Source of the DNA: an uncultured virus (IMG/VR IMGVR_UViG_3300031673_000016)
Taxonomy: Duplodnaviria > Heunggongvirae > Uroviricota > Caudoviricetes
Length of the DNA stretch: 64,000 nt
IMG/VR virus record: IMGVR_UViG_3300031673_000016
Direction: 5' to 3' (one strand)
A program made the translations under genes and the position numbers. The notes under the pieces were generated by a model. It ran no database searches and was not told the origin of the DNA. It worked only from the letters and a program-made list of their open reading frames with translations. Position 1 is the stretch's first letter. Each line of letters begins with the position of its first letter. Below, piece after piece: positions 8,400 through 18,235 of this stretch.

Positions 8400-10291
8400 T
8401 GGACGACCACGGCGTCAGCGAGCAGAAGAAGACCGGAGAAGCACAGGTCGACATCAGGCGAATACTCGCCAAGGCAGCCGTGATGACTGGCAGAGAGGTG
8501 AGCGAGCCGTCTGCCATCGCCGACATGAAGGAGCGGCGTGACGCGTATGGCGACGTCGGAGCCGTTGATCCGCCGTACGATCCCGAGTCGCTCCTCAACT
8601 ACATCGAGCTGACGCCGCACCTCGTGCCGAACATCGCGAGCTACCAGAACAACATCGAGGGCTACGGCTTCCGCGCAATCCTGGTCGAACCGTGGATGAA
8701 GGACCTCGAAAGCGAGGAGGCGCGCGACGCCGTTCGCAACGCCCTTCAGATCGAGCGATGGGTCGAGGAAGAGGAGGCCGCGATGGATGCGGCAGCCAAG
8801 GCGGATGGCGAGGAACAGGGAGACGACGAACAAGGCGACGTCACTGACGAGGATGTCGCAGCCGAGATCGAGAAGCTCGTTGTTCGAATCCGGCGCGAGG
8901 CGTTCCTGTTCGATGCGTTCTTCAAGAACTGCTGCTCGTCGATGAGCTTCTCGAAGCTACGGCGCATCACGCGGTACGACATCGAGGCTCACGGCTGGGG
9001 CGCGTGGGAGATGCTGAACGATGGTCTCGGACGACTCAAGCGGCTGAACTACATCCCAGGCTACACGCTCCGACCGCTTCGCGACGAGGGCGAACTTGTC
9101 GACGCGGTCGAGGCGGACCCGATCACCCCTCTGTCAGAAGGTCGCGAGGTGAAGGTGCCGCGGCGCTTCCGTCGGTACGTTCAGATCGTCGGATCGCAGA
9201 AGGTGTTCTTCAAGTCGCCAGGAGATCCACGCATTATTTCGAGGACGACCGGGAAGGTGTACGAGTCCGTGACAGAGATGCGGAAGCCGGTCGATGACGA
9301 AGGCGAGGGACCGAAGGCGGCGGAGGCGAACGAGCTGATCTACTTCTCGCTCCACGATCCGAGGACGCCGTGTCCGCCGCCGAGGTGGATCGGGAACATC
9401 CTCGCCGTGCTCGGTGTGCGCGAGGCCGATGAGGCCAACTACTTCTACCTGAACTCGTCGGCGATCCCGTCGGGCATCCTGTTCGTCGCCGGCGGGCGCG
9501 TGCCGAGGGACATGAGGGACAGGCTCGAGCAGCGGCTTACCCAGGAGTTTTCCGGGTCAGAAAAACGCAACAAGATCCTCGTCGTCGAGGCGCATCCGAT
9601 GAAGATGAAGGGCGAAGAACGCACGATGCTCCCGTCGATAGAGTTCGAGTCTCTTCGCGAGGCGCAGCAGCTAGACGCTACGTTCACGAAGTACGACGAG
9701 CGCAGCGCGGATAGGATCGGCGCGAGCTTCCGACTCCCGCCGATGCTGCGCGGCTACACGCCGAAAGACCTGAACCGTGCCACGGCTATCGCGGCTGTGG
9801 ACTTCGCAGAGTCGCAGGTCTTTTCCCCAGAGCGAGAAGACATCGACTGGATCATCAACAAGTACGTCCTGCCGAGGATCGGCGTAAAGTTGCACACCTT
9901 CAAGAGCAACTCGCCGCCGACCAGGTCGCCGGAGGAGATCGCGGAACTGATCAAGGTGGCCGCGCCGCACGGCGGAATCCTGCCGTACGAAATCCGCGAG
10001 CTACTCGCCGACGCGCTGAATACGACACTCGCAGTCATCGACGAGCAGTGGGGATACTGGCCGATGCCGATGACGCTCACAGGGATGGGGCGTGGCGCCG
10101 AGGTAGCGCCGTCAGAGGACGAAGACGACGCAGCCGAGCAGGACCCCGCGCAGCTGGCGCGAGTGGTCGCGCGCCTCGACGACCTTCAGCGGAGGGTCGA
10201 AGCAGTTCTGACCGACGAACTCCGCCAGGCCGGATACGATCTCGAAGTCTCGGCGATACTGAGCGGGAAGGACGAGGACGAACCGAAGTGA
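8396..10291 (+). CDS. portal protein
   Basis: 631 aa downstream of TerL; portal-like segments (NELIYF, NYFYLNSSAIPSGILF, IGASFRLPPMLRG). Confidence 0.85.
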   Translation: MMDDHGVSEQKKTGEAQVDIRRILAKAAVMTGREVSEPSAIADMKERRDAYGDVGAVDPPYDPESLLNYIELTPHLVPNIASYQNNIEGYGFRAILVEPWMKDLESEEARDAVRNALQIERWVEEEEAAMDAAAKADGEEQGDDEQGDVTDEDVAAEIEKLVVRIRREAFLFDAFFKNCCSSMSFSKLRRITRYDIEAHGWGAWEMLNDGLGRLKRLNYIPGYTLRPLRDEGELVDAVEADPITPLSEGREVKVPRRFRRYVQIVGSQKVFFKSPGDPRIISRTTGKVYESVTEMRKPVDDEGEGPKAAEANELIYFSLHDPRTPCPPPRWIGNILAVLGVREADEANYFYLNSSAIPSGILFVAGGRVPRDMRDRLEQRLTQEFSGSEKRNKILVVEAHPMKMKGEERTMLPSIEFESLREAQQLDATFTKYDERSADRIGASFRLPPMLRGYTPKDLNRATAIAAVDFAESQVFSPEREDIDWIINKYVLPRIGVKLHTFKSNSPPTRSPEEIAELIKVAAPHGGILPYEIRELLADALNTTLAVIDEQWGYWPMPMTLTGMGRGAEVAPSEDEDDAAEQDPAQLARVVARLDDLQRRVEAVLTDELRQAGYDLEVSAILSGKDEDEPK

Positions 10292-10509
10292 CCGACGGTC
10301 TGTTTAGCCGCGACGTCGGCGTCAAGATCGGAGAGGTCTTCGATAACATCGACCTCGTGACGTTGGGGATTCCGGATCCAATGGCCAGCGTGATCGTCGT
10401 CGACGTCGATGAGACGGGGATGATCCACATGACGGCGAACGGTTCGCCGTCGGGACGACGCATCATCGTATCGGAGAAGACCCTGAACGAGCGGTACAGG
10501 AGGAGGTAA
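10288..10509 (+). CDS. hypothetical protein
   Basis: GTGA overlap with portal stop; fills the gap to the next gene. Confidence 0.55.
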   Translation: MTDGLFSRDVGVKIGEVFDNIDLVTLGIPDPMASVIVVDVDETGMIHMTANGSPSGRRIIVSEKTLNERYRRR

Positions 10510-10512
10510 GCG

Positions 10513-11049
10513 ATGGGCGATATAATAGAAGAGATTCCGGAGACGCCGTTCCCGGATTCGGTTCAGGAACTCACCGTGGACCTTCCGCTGCCGACCTGTC
10601 CGCCGGACGAATGCGATCCGGTATCTGAATTCTCGTGTACGTTCGAGAAGACGAACGAGCGTTCTTACGTCGCCCAGGACGAATGGATGTACGCCGCGGA
10701 GTACACCGCCAACACTATATTCGGGACGATTCGTGGCGGGATGGTCGTGAACGCTCTTTCGGGAAAGGTGGCGCCGGCCGTCGAGCAGATCGTCACGGCA
10801 GTCGCGAAGACGTACGCGATTTATTACGCATACAACGGACAGACGCCGCCGCTTCCACTGCCGGAAAACCCAGGAACCTCGTCACCGCTATCGCGGGAGA
10901 CCGTGACAACTCGTGACGGTACGGCGCGCTTCCGTGGGTTCTGTGCGGGGATCAGGTCGCTCGACCCGGACCTCGTCGGCACCGTCAAGCTCTACGTCGG
11001 CCGGGTCTTCGCGGCGCCGTCGCCGCCGCCACCGCCGCCGATGTCCTGA
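10513..11049 (+). CDS. hypothetical protein with C-terminal polyproline
   Basis: SD AGGAGGT; 178 aa. Confidence 0.6.
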   Translation: MGDIIEEIPETPFPDSVQELTVDLPLPTCPPDECDPVSEFSCTFEKTNERSYVAQDEWMYAAEYTANTIFGTIRGGMVVNALSGKVAPAVEQIVTAVAKTYAIYYAYNGQTPPLPLPENPGTSSPLSRETVTTRDGTARFRGFCAGIRSLDPDLVGTVKLYVGRVFAAPSPPPPPPMS

Positions 11050-11061
11050 GAGGAGGAATAG

Positions 11062-11421
11062 ATGGCCGAATGGTTCAGCGGTCCATACTTCGTACTCGAG
11101 AAGGTCGACTCGCTCGAACAGAAGCCGCGCATCGGACGTGGTGACATCATCGCGCACAAGAGCGGAGCTATCGTCCTGCGATGCCCGAAGTGCGCGGCGC
11201 TCCAGTTCACGCGCGCCGTGATCCTGAACAGTCCGGCAACGCCGACGCTCGATAGGCCGGTTCAGTGCGGTTCGGGGCACTGCCAGAAGTGCGCCGTGTG
11301 GTTCACCATCCGGAACGGCGAGGCGATTCACGCCGAGGCTCCGACGCCGAAGCCGCGAATGCTGCCCGAGAAGCTGAGCAGGGCTGGCGTACGGTACGTC
11401 CCGCGACTGAAGGACGAATGA
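11062..11421 (+). CDS. hypothetical zinc-binding protein
   Basis: SD AGGAGG; CPKC and CGSGHCQKC. Confidence 0.6.
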   Translation: MAEWFSGPYFVLEKVDSLEQKPRIGRGDIIAHKSGAIVLRCPKCAALQFTRAVILNSPATPTLDRPVQCGSGHCQKCAVWFTIRNGEAIHAEAPTPKPRMLPEKLSRAGVRYVPRLKDE

Positions 11422-14400
11422 TCTCTCCGTACTCCACTCCGGCGACCGGATTCATGACGCTCGAGCCGATCTGCGATCTCGGGTCCGACGAGGTTGTTGC
11501 GCTGTGGAAGGCCGGGGCTCGGAAGGGCAACGTGACGAAGGCGAAGGGGAGGGCGATCCTGGTCCTTCGGCCGGGACGCGCCCCTGTTGCCGTCCGTATC
11601 GACGCCCTGGACGACCAGGAGGCGCGCAGAACCGCGATTCGTTCACTACCAGATGGTGACGTCGTCCTCCTGGAGGCGACCTTCAGGGGTCGGTCTACGG
11701 TCTTCAGGCGGGTCGAGGTTCTCCAGGCGTTGACGCCTGACCAGGCAGACCGTGCTGGCGCGCCGCACATCGTGACGTCGACCGGATGGCTCGTCGAGAA
11801 GTTGATGTCTCCGGCAGATCCATTCGACCAGCGAAGGATCGCAGACCGCCTCGCAGGACAGCTGCGGCACGCCGAACTTCTCAAGTACGGCGACGCGTTC
11901 AAGAAGTATGTCGCCACGCTCAACATCGACTGGGCCAGGCTGACACCGAATGCGTTCACCGGGAAGCTCGTAGAGATTCGTACTGACCTCCGCGCGATGA
12001 TGGGCAGCGCGGCGAATCAGCTGATGCCGACGTGGCGCACGAAGGTCGAGGCGACGCTGACGAACGTGTTTCGGTCGACGCGCCAGGTCATCAAGGACAA
12101 CTTCACTCCGACCATCGGCCTGTCGCTCCGGCAGCCGGACGTCCGCGCCATCGGGAACATCGCGTCGCAGCAGGGGCTGTTCATGCGGAACGCCGCTGGT
12201 CGACGCTCCGATCAGCTGACGAGGCAGGCGAAGAAGATCGTCACGGCCGGATTGAAGGATGGACTCGGGAAGGTACAGATCGCACAGCAGCTTCGCGACC
12301 AGCTGCCGAAGGCGTGGCAGGCGCGCGGCCTCCAATACTTCAAGACCGTCGCTTCGGTCGGAGTCAGCCGTGCGCGCTCCTATTCTGAAGTCACGGGCTA
12401 CCTCGAAGTGGGGATCGAGTCGCTTGAAGTCCAGGCAGTCATGGACGAACGTACGACTGAAACCTGTCGGTGCCTCGACGGAATGATCATCGAGACGCAC
12501 GTCGCGAGCGTACAGGTGATGGGCGCGATCAACGAGGTAGACCCGACGGTCGGCTCGCCGTTCCTTCGCGAGATGCGAGATCCGCAGACTGGCGTGAATC
12601 AGATCCTCGCCGGGAACGGCGTGAAGATCGCTGACGTGGTCCGCTCCGGGATGGGACGTGTCGACGACCGCGGCCAGTTCGCGTACAACAAGTCCCTCGC
12701 CGGACTCTCCGATCAGAATATCGGACCGCCTCCTTACCACCACCTCTGCAGGTCGTGGACGATTCCAGTGTCGAACACGGTGTCGGTCCCGCGAGGATCG
12801 TGGCCGCGCGCCGGCGGACCGACGTCGCCGATCCCGCCGCGTCCAGTTCCGAAGGGCGGATCGCCGATGCGCGGAGTCGGCGCGCGGCCACAGTCGGTGT
12901 TCGCGAATCCGACGCCAGGGAATCCGACGCTCGTCGGAGATCCGGCATACATCGACGCGTATCCGTTCAGCGAGGACTTCATCAGTCCGATACCCTCGAA
13001 GCTCGTCGACCCCGTGACGGGCGAATATGCGGCGACCTTCCAGCGATACCAGTTCAACGCCGCCGAGATGGCGATCCGTCCGGTCGGAAATATCGGAGTC
13101 GTCGCGCGGTCGGCAGAGGCCGGGGAGTGGAACGCGCTCAGCAACCTGGTGAACGACCTGAAGCTGACGTCAGAAACGTCAGGCGTGGTGATGCACGTCG
13201 GAGAAATCAACGCCGCTGCGACGCGCAACATTATCCTCGCCGACGCGAAGCAGCCGGCGGCGTCGCGTGTCTATTCGATCACCTCGTCATCGGGGAAACA
13301 GCAGTTCCTCAGGATCAACCCCGATAAAAAGTACATTTCGAGGAACTGGCTACACCACCTTCGCTATGCCAAAACCGAGGCGCGTATTCAGCAGACGCTC
13401 GGGATGCTGACCGACAAGGGCTACCTCGTCATCACGACCGACGCGAAGGCCGTGACGTTCGGCAAGCCGGTCGCGCCGCTGACGCCGATACCGACTCCGA
13501 AGCCGATGCCGAAGCCGAAGGCGCCGAAGCCGCCGAAGGTTCCGAAGCCGGGACCGCACGAACCGGGGCCTCCGCAGCCCAAGCCTCAGCCGTCGACGGT
13601 CGAACCGTCGATGCCGTACCATCCTCCGCCGAAGCCGCCGAAGGTTCCGAAGCCGCCGAAGCCGCCGAAGGATGAAGGACCGTTCCTCGGAGAAGCGAAA
13701 GACTACTCGCAGCACGGACTGGTTCCGAACATCCCGGTCAGCGCCCAGTTGCAGGAACGCATTCGGATCGAGACGGCGCGCGTGAACGATCACCTCAAAG
13801 CCGTGTCGAACAGACTCAGGCGACCGCTAACGTCGACAGAGCGCGCGAAGTCCGTCCGTAAATTTGTAGAGAAGGACACGGGCTACGTGAAGCCGCTGAC
13901 GACAAACGACCTCTTCACGTTCACGAAGGCACCGGGAAAGTACGATCATGTGAGTCTCACTCGGTCGATCCAGGTGTCGACGAGAGACGGAACGATGCGG
14001 CGCGCTGGAAGGGGAAAGCCTGTCAGCGCGATCCAGATGTCGAGGGCCGAAGCCGTTCCTCTCTACAACGATGCCATCAAGCATCTGAGCCCACGACTCA
14101 TGGAACGCGCGATGAGTAGCGCCCACGGGTTGCCGAGAATCTACAAGGCAAGGAACGTGAACGGAGGAGCGTTTTACTCCGACAAGTTGAACGCTATCGT
14201 GATCCCGGAGACCTATAAGACCAGCGGTATCGGAAGTATCGAGCAGCTGTTCCGCCACGAGTTAGGCCACTACCTGGACACCGTCGGCCTCGGAGAGACG
14301 GCGTCGATAGCCTTCCGCGATGCGTACAAGCTGGGCGATGCGATCTACAGAGCAGCCAGAGCAAAATGGAATTATGTGAAAGGCAAGTGGGGAGACACCT

Positions 14401-14561
14401 ACACGGGACGAATCTATAGTTTCAAGGCGTCCGAGGTGACGTCGACGATGGCGGAGTCGTTCGCCAAGGGTCAGGAGTACAGGCTCTCGACGATGTACGA
14501 TGCGAACCCCGATCACGTCGGATTCTACATGGCGCACTCGAAGGGATGTTTTGTGAAATGA
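11418..14561 (+). CDS. MuF (SPP1 gp7-like) minor head protein with Pro-rich linker and C-terminal HExxH metallopeptidase-like domain
   Basis: MuF motifs VMDERTTETCRCLDG and PPYHHLCRS; PKPPK linker; LFRHELGHYLD with downstream SEV. Confidence 0.82.
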   Translation: MISPYSTPATGFMTLEPICDLGSDEVVALWKAGARKGNVTKAKGRAILVLRPGRAPVAVRIDALDDQEARRTAIRSLPDGDVVLLEATFRGRSTVFRRVEVLQALTPDQADRAGAPHIVTSTGWLVEKLMSPADPFDQRRIADRLAGQLRHAELLKYGDAFKKYVATLNIDWARLTPNAFTGKLVEIRTDLRAMMGSAANQLMPTWRTKVEATLTNVFRSTRQVIKDNFTPTIGLSLRQPDVRAIGNIASQQGLFMRNAAGRRSDQLTRQAKKIVTAGLKDGLGKVQIAQQLRDQLPKAWQARGLQYFKTVASVGVSRARSYSEVTGYLEVGIESLEVQAVMDERTTETCRCLDGMIIETHVASVQVMGAINEVDPTVGSPFLREMRDPQTGVNQILAGNGVKIADVVRSGMGRVDDRGQFAYNKSLAGLSDQNIGPPPYHHLCRSWTIPVSNTVSVPRGSWPRAGGPTSPIPPRPVPKGGSPMRGVGARPQSVFANPTPGNPTLVGDPAYIDAYPFSEDFISPIPSKLVDPVTGEYAATFQRYQFNAAEMAIRPVGNIGVVARSAEAGEWNALSNLVNDLKLTSETSGVVMHVGEINAAATRNIILADAKQPAASRVYSITSSSGKQQFLRINPDKKYISRNWLHHLRYAKTEARIQQTLGMLTDKGYLVITTDAKAVTFGKPVAPLTPIPTPKPMPKPKAPKPPKVPKPGPHEPGPPQPKPQPSTVEPSMPYHPPPKPPKVPKPPKPPKDEGPFLGEAKDYSQHGLVPNIPVSAQLQERIRIETARVNDHLKAVSNRLRRPLTSTERAKSVRKFVEKDTGYVKPLTTNDLFTFTKAPGKYDHVSLTRSIQVSTRDGTMRRAGRGKPVSAIQMSRAEAVPLYNDAIKHLSPRLMERAMSSAHGLPRIYKARNVNGGAFYSDKLNAIVIPETYKTSGIGSIEQLFRHELGHYLDTVGLGETASIAFRDAYKLGDAIYRAARAKWNYVKGKWGDTYTGRIYSFKASEVTSTMAESFAKGQEYRLSTMYDANPDHVGFYMAHSKGCFVK

Positions 14562-14938
14562 AGGGTGAAATTCGAATCATCGACAGGAAGACCGGCGACA
14601 AGGTCGCGACGCTCGAGTGGGAAGGGACACTCTGGCGCGGGACCGGGAAGTGGAAGGCCAACGCGGCGACGAGGAAGCGGCTCGACGCCATCGTCGCCTC
14701 CAGGGCGGATCTCGGTCGCGTGTCCTTCGGCGACATGCTTCGGGACGGATTAGGAGTGAAGGGCTGGCAAGGGTTCTCGGGGTGGTTTCAGGCGTTGAGC
14801 CAGGCGCTTCCGGCGTTCGGCCTCGACGTCGAGAACGAGACCGTGGTGTGGCCGTGGAAGGAACCGAGGAGGGACGCGGCAGACGGCGACGACGACGGCG
14901 ACGACGAGGACCTCGACCTGGCTGGCGGGTCTAGGTAG
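14558..14938 (+). CDS. small protein coupled to MuF; candidate immunity protein
   Basis: ATGA overlap with the MuF stop; 126 aa with acidic tail; function inferred from position only. Confidence 0.5.
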   Translation: MKGEIRIIDRKTGDKVATLEWEGTLWRGTGKWKANAATRKRLDAIVASRADLGRVSFGDMLRDGLGVKGWQGFSGWFQALSQALPAFGLDVENETVVWPWKEPRRDAADGDDDGDDEDLDLAGGSR

Positions 14939-14958
14939 GCACGGGCAGAACGTGAGAG

Positions 14959-14988
14959 TTGACACTCACACCGAAACGGATGTAGGTT
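14959..14988 (+). promoter_or_regulatory. sigma70-type promoter, probably leaderless transcript
   Basis: TTGACA (14959-14964), 18 nt, TAGGTT (14983-14988); ATG at 14996. Confidence 0.5.
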
Positions 14989-14995
14989 TGAGGAA

Positions 14996-15361
14996 ATGGA
15001 AGTGCTAATCCAGAACGGACACAAATCAGGCTCCTCGCCATTCGCGGAGATGGTGATCAGTCCGCGCCAGGCGCTTCGCGCAGCGCGACTGTTCGAGCGG
15101 ACGCTTCGCGCGTCCTTCGAGGACGACGAGAAGGTCATGGGCCAGCACTTCCGTTCCAAGATCCAGACAGGGGCCGAGATGAAGAGGCGCGCCGAAATCA
15201 TGGCGCGATGGTTTCGCGTGTTCCGTGGCGATCTCGGATACTCGCTTGCGAGGGTCGAGGCCGAGCTCGGTCGCGCGCTCCGATGTGAACTCGACGGCGG
15301 TCTGTACACGCCTACCGCGGCCAGTCGGTCGTTCGGCGTGCCACAAGGAGATGTACAATGA
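14996..15361 (+). CDS. hypothetical protein
   Basis: 121-aa ORF coupled to the next gene. Confidence 0.55.
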   Translation: MEVLIQNGHKSGSSPFAEMVISPRQALRAARLFERTLRASFEDDEKVMGQHFRSKIQTGAEMKRRAEIMARWFRVFRGDLGYSLARVEAELGRALRCELDGGLYTPTAASRSFGVPQGDVQ

Positions 15362-16278
15362 AAAAGTTCATGGAGGTCGTGAAGCGCCAGACCGAACTCG
15401 CCACGAAGGCGGCTGACGGGTCTGCGACGAAGGAGGAGATCGCGGAGCTGACAAAGCTGAACGCGGTCGTGAAGGCGGCGACGGCGACGGCAGAGCCGGC
15501 GACGACGAAGCTGGTGACGATGACGCTGGCGAAGTTCCGCGAGTGGCACGAGGCCACCGTGAAGCAGCTCGAGGACGGCGTGGCCGACGCCTCGCTGCTC
15601 GCGCTCGTGAAGCGGAACCTCGCCGCGGTCAAGGACCAGGCGAAGACCCTGGCCGAGGACATCGTGGCGGTCGAACTTCCGGTCGAGAAGACCGAGGCCG
15701 ACAAGGTCGTGGCGCTCGAGGCGCGCATCGCGGATCTCGAGGCGAAGGCCGCGGCGGCCGCGGCGCCGCCCGCCCCTCCGGCCGGCGACGACGCCGAGAA
15801 GGCGACCGGCAAGGCGACCGACAAGCCGGTGTCCCAGGCGCTCGCGATGGAGGCCGTCGACACGCTGCTCGCGAAGTACACGAAGCTCAAGGCACTCGTC
15901 GACTCCGGCAACCTGACGAAGCAGGATCTCGAGTTGCTCTGGACCGACTACGATCTGAAGCGCGCCATCGAGCAGGCCGCGGCGATCATGGCGAAGTCCG
16001 ACGAGTTGAAGGCGATGGCCGAGGCCATCCTGCCGGAACTCGAGAAGATGGAAGCCGCCGAGAACGCCGCGAGCGAGAAGCCCGCCGGCAATGCCGAGGG
16101 AGACGCTCCCGAAGGCGCGAAGCCGGACGCCGCAGCTGCGGCCGCGGGCGATGCCGAGAAGGGCGACGACACGAAGGAGCCGAGTCGCTGGGAGTCCGGC
16201 CTCGATCTCGCTCCGGTGGCGACGGCCACCGAGCAGTTCGCGGCGATCAAGGCGGCGAAGAACAAGTTCGGCTTCTAG
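15358..16278 (+). CDS. Ala/Glu/Lys-rich helical protein, scaffold-like
   Basis: SD AAGGAG; coiled-coil-like composition; head module position. Confidence 0.55.
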   Translation: MKKFMEVVKRQTELATKAADGSATKEEIAELTKLNAVVKAATATAEPATTKLVTMTLAKFREWHEATVKQLEDGVADASLLALVKRNLAAVKDQAKTLAEDIVAVELPVEKTEADKVVALEARIADLEAKAAAAAAPPAPPAGDDAEKATGKATDKPVSQALAMEAVDTLLAKYTKLKALVDSGNLTKQDLELLWTDYDLKRAIEQAAAIMAKSDELKAMAEAILPELEKMEAAENAASEKPAGNAEGDAPEGAKPDAAAAAAGDAEKGDDTKEPSRWESGLDLAPVATATEQFAAIKAAKNKFGF

Positions 16279-16292
16279 CCCGGAGGTGAACC

Positions 16293-17321
16293 GTGGACAT
16301 CGGGATCTTCACGACGACGCGGCTGAACGGAGACGGAGTGCCGATTTCGTTCTTCGGCTGCGAAGACGAGCGGCTCCTCGCCGCGCTCTACAAGGCGGCG
16401 TCGGAGATCACGGGGCCCGGCCTCGAGTCCTTCGATCCGGAACCAGGGATGCGCGTTGCGAAGGTCGGCGAGGTCGTGGTGCGCAGCGTCGAGGACAAGG
16501 CTACCTATGTCGTCGAGGGCGATGCGACAGCGAAGCCGACCGGCGGTCGCGTTCCGCCCGGCGCGAACGGGACGTGGGCGATCCAGTCGTTGATCTTCTC
16601 GAAGGACAGCTTCACGCTGGCCGAGGCGCGGACGTGGGTGAAGGATCACGCCGGGTTCGTCGACTCCGGTGCCGACGAGACGAGTACGAGCTTCCGCTTC
16701 CGGCAGTACGATCCGGAGAACTTCTCGGAGTACCGAACCATCTCCATCGACACCGGCATCAGCGCGGCCTACGGGAAGATCAGCAAGGACACGACCCGTA
16801 CGGAGGAGGAGTCGACGAAGTCGCTCTCCGAGTCCATCGCCCACTGGGAGGCGGTCCACGATGTCAACAAGGGGATCATGGCGAAGGGCCTAAAGATCCT
16901 CCGGCAGACAGCGGTGATCAGGAAGGGCGACGACGCGACCGAGGAGCGGTTCGTGATGTCACTCGTCCTCGAACCGAACGACGGGCAGGACGGCGCGCCG
17001 CTGAAGCCCGACACGCAGGCCGACGTCTACTCGGTCGAAGACGTACGAAAGGCGGCGCACGCGTGGATGGAGTTCCACGGCGCCGTCGACCTGGACCACT
17101 CGTGGAAGGATGTCGGGAAGGAGCGCGTCAGAACACTTGAGAGCTACCTGGCACCGGTCACGTTCAGCATCGGCGACGGCGACGACGCCTATGAGGTCGT
17201 GAAGGGAACGTGGATGCTCGGCATCCGCGTACTCGATGATGCGCTGTGGAAGGGCGTCAAGGACGGCGAGATCGGAGCCTTCAGCATCGGCGGGACTGCG
17301 GTTCGCGCGCCTGTCGAATGA
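16293..17321 (+). CDS. prohead protease (XkdF/peptidase S78_2-like)
   Basis: PDTQAD..VRKAAHAWM..DH..ESYLAP..KGTWMLG..LWKGVKDGEIGAFSIGG; SD GGAGGT. Confidence 0.85.
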   Translation: MDIGIFTTTRLNGDGVPISFFGCEDERLLAALYKAASEITGPGLESFDPEPGMRVAKVGEVVVRSVEDKATYVVEGDATAKPTGGRVPPGANGTWAIQSLIFSKDSFTLAEARTWVKDHAGFVDSGADETSTSFRFRQYDPENFSEYRTISIDTGISAAYGKISKDTTRTEEESTKSLSESIAHWEAVHDVNKGIMAKGLKILRQTAVIRKGDDATEERFVMSLVLEPNDGQDGAPLKPDTQADVYSVEDVRKAAHAWMEFHGAVDLDHSWKDVGKERVRTLESYLAPVTFSIGDGDDAYEVVKGTWMLGIRVLDDALWKGVKDGEIGAFSIGGTAVRAPVE

Positions 17322-17331
17322 GGAGATCGTG

Positions 17332-18216
17332 ATGAAGCGAAGCAAGGAAAGAGTCGCGAAGGCCGACGGAGACAAGGACAAGGTCTTCAGGCTGACCGAC
17401 ATCGATCCGGAGTTCGTCAGCCTGGTCCGCGCCGGCGCCAATCGCCAGAAGCAGTTCATGGTGGTGAAGGAAGAGAAAGACGGTGAAGTCTCGAAGGCAA
17501 TTCCTCCGGTTATTCCCGGCCGTGTGTCGCCGCGAACCCCCGGCAACGTCTGCCAGTTCTGCGGGGCGCCTGTTACTCACGGGGCAAAGACGTGTCCGAA
17601 GTGCGGACGGATTCTGACCTTCGCCAGCGACGACGAGAAGACAGGCGAGAACGCGAACGACACAGCTGATGATACGAACCAAGACGCGCCTCCGGCCGAC
17701 GGGCAGGACGGCGCTGCGGTATCGGACACAGACCGCGTGGACAGCGGCAAGACGTCCGACGGCACCGAGGCGACTCCCAAGGACGCATCCGATCTCGCGT
17801 CCTGGCTCAACGAAGCCGGGGAGCAGATCGAGGAGCTATCGCTGGACATCGCGATCCAGAACGCCCTCGACGCTCAAGCCGTCGACCAAGCCAAGTCCGG
17901 TCACCAGTCCGACCAGGCGCAGGAGATCGGAACGACGGCGGCGCCAGCCGTGACGAAGGAAGTGGACCCAGGGGAACGGGAGCGTGCCGCGAAGCTCGAG
18001 GCGGAACTCGTCAAGACGCGAAGGGACAACCTCGCGCTGAAGGCGAAGAACGCACGGCTAGCGGCCGCAGCGGTCGGCAAGTCGAGCGTCATCCTCACGG
18101 GCGAGGTGACGTCGAGGCAGCAGAAGACCGGAACGAAAACACCCACAAGCCCGTCACGCGGAGCGTTCAGCCGAGGCGGAGACATCGCCGCGGCCGTGAC
18201 GCGGGGCGAGAACTGA
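17332..18216 (+). CDS. scaffold-like protein with N-terminal protease-strand motif and double zinc ribbon
   Basis: RLTDIDPEFVSLVRAGANRQKQF; CQFC..CPKC; acidic low-complexity and coiled-coil regions; directly upstream of the capsid gene. Confidence 0.65.
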   Translation: MKRSKERVAKADGDKDKVFRLTDIDPEFVSLVRAGANRQKQFMVVKEEKDGEVSKAIPPVIPGRVSPRTPGNVCQFCGAPVTHGAKTCPKCGRILTFASDDEKTGENANDTADDTNQDAPPADGQDGAAVSDTDRVDSGKTSDGTEATPKDASDLASWLNEAGEQIEELSLDIAIQNALDAQAVDQAKSGHQSDQAQEIGTTAAPAVTKEVDPGERERAAKLEAELVKTRRDNLALKAKNARLAAAAVGKSSVILTGEVTSRQQKTGTKTPTSPSRGAFSRGGDIAAAVTRGEN

Positions 18217-18235
18217 CAGAAAAGGAGACCAGACA

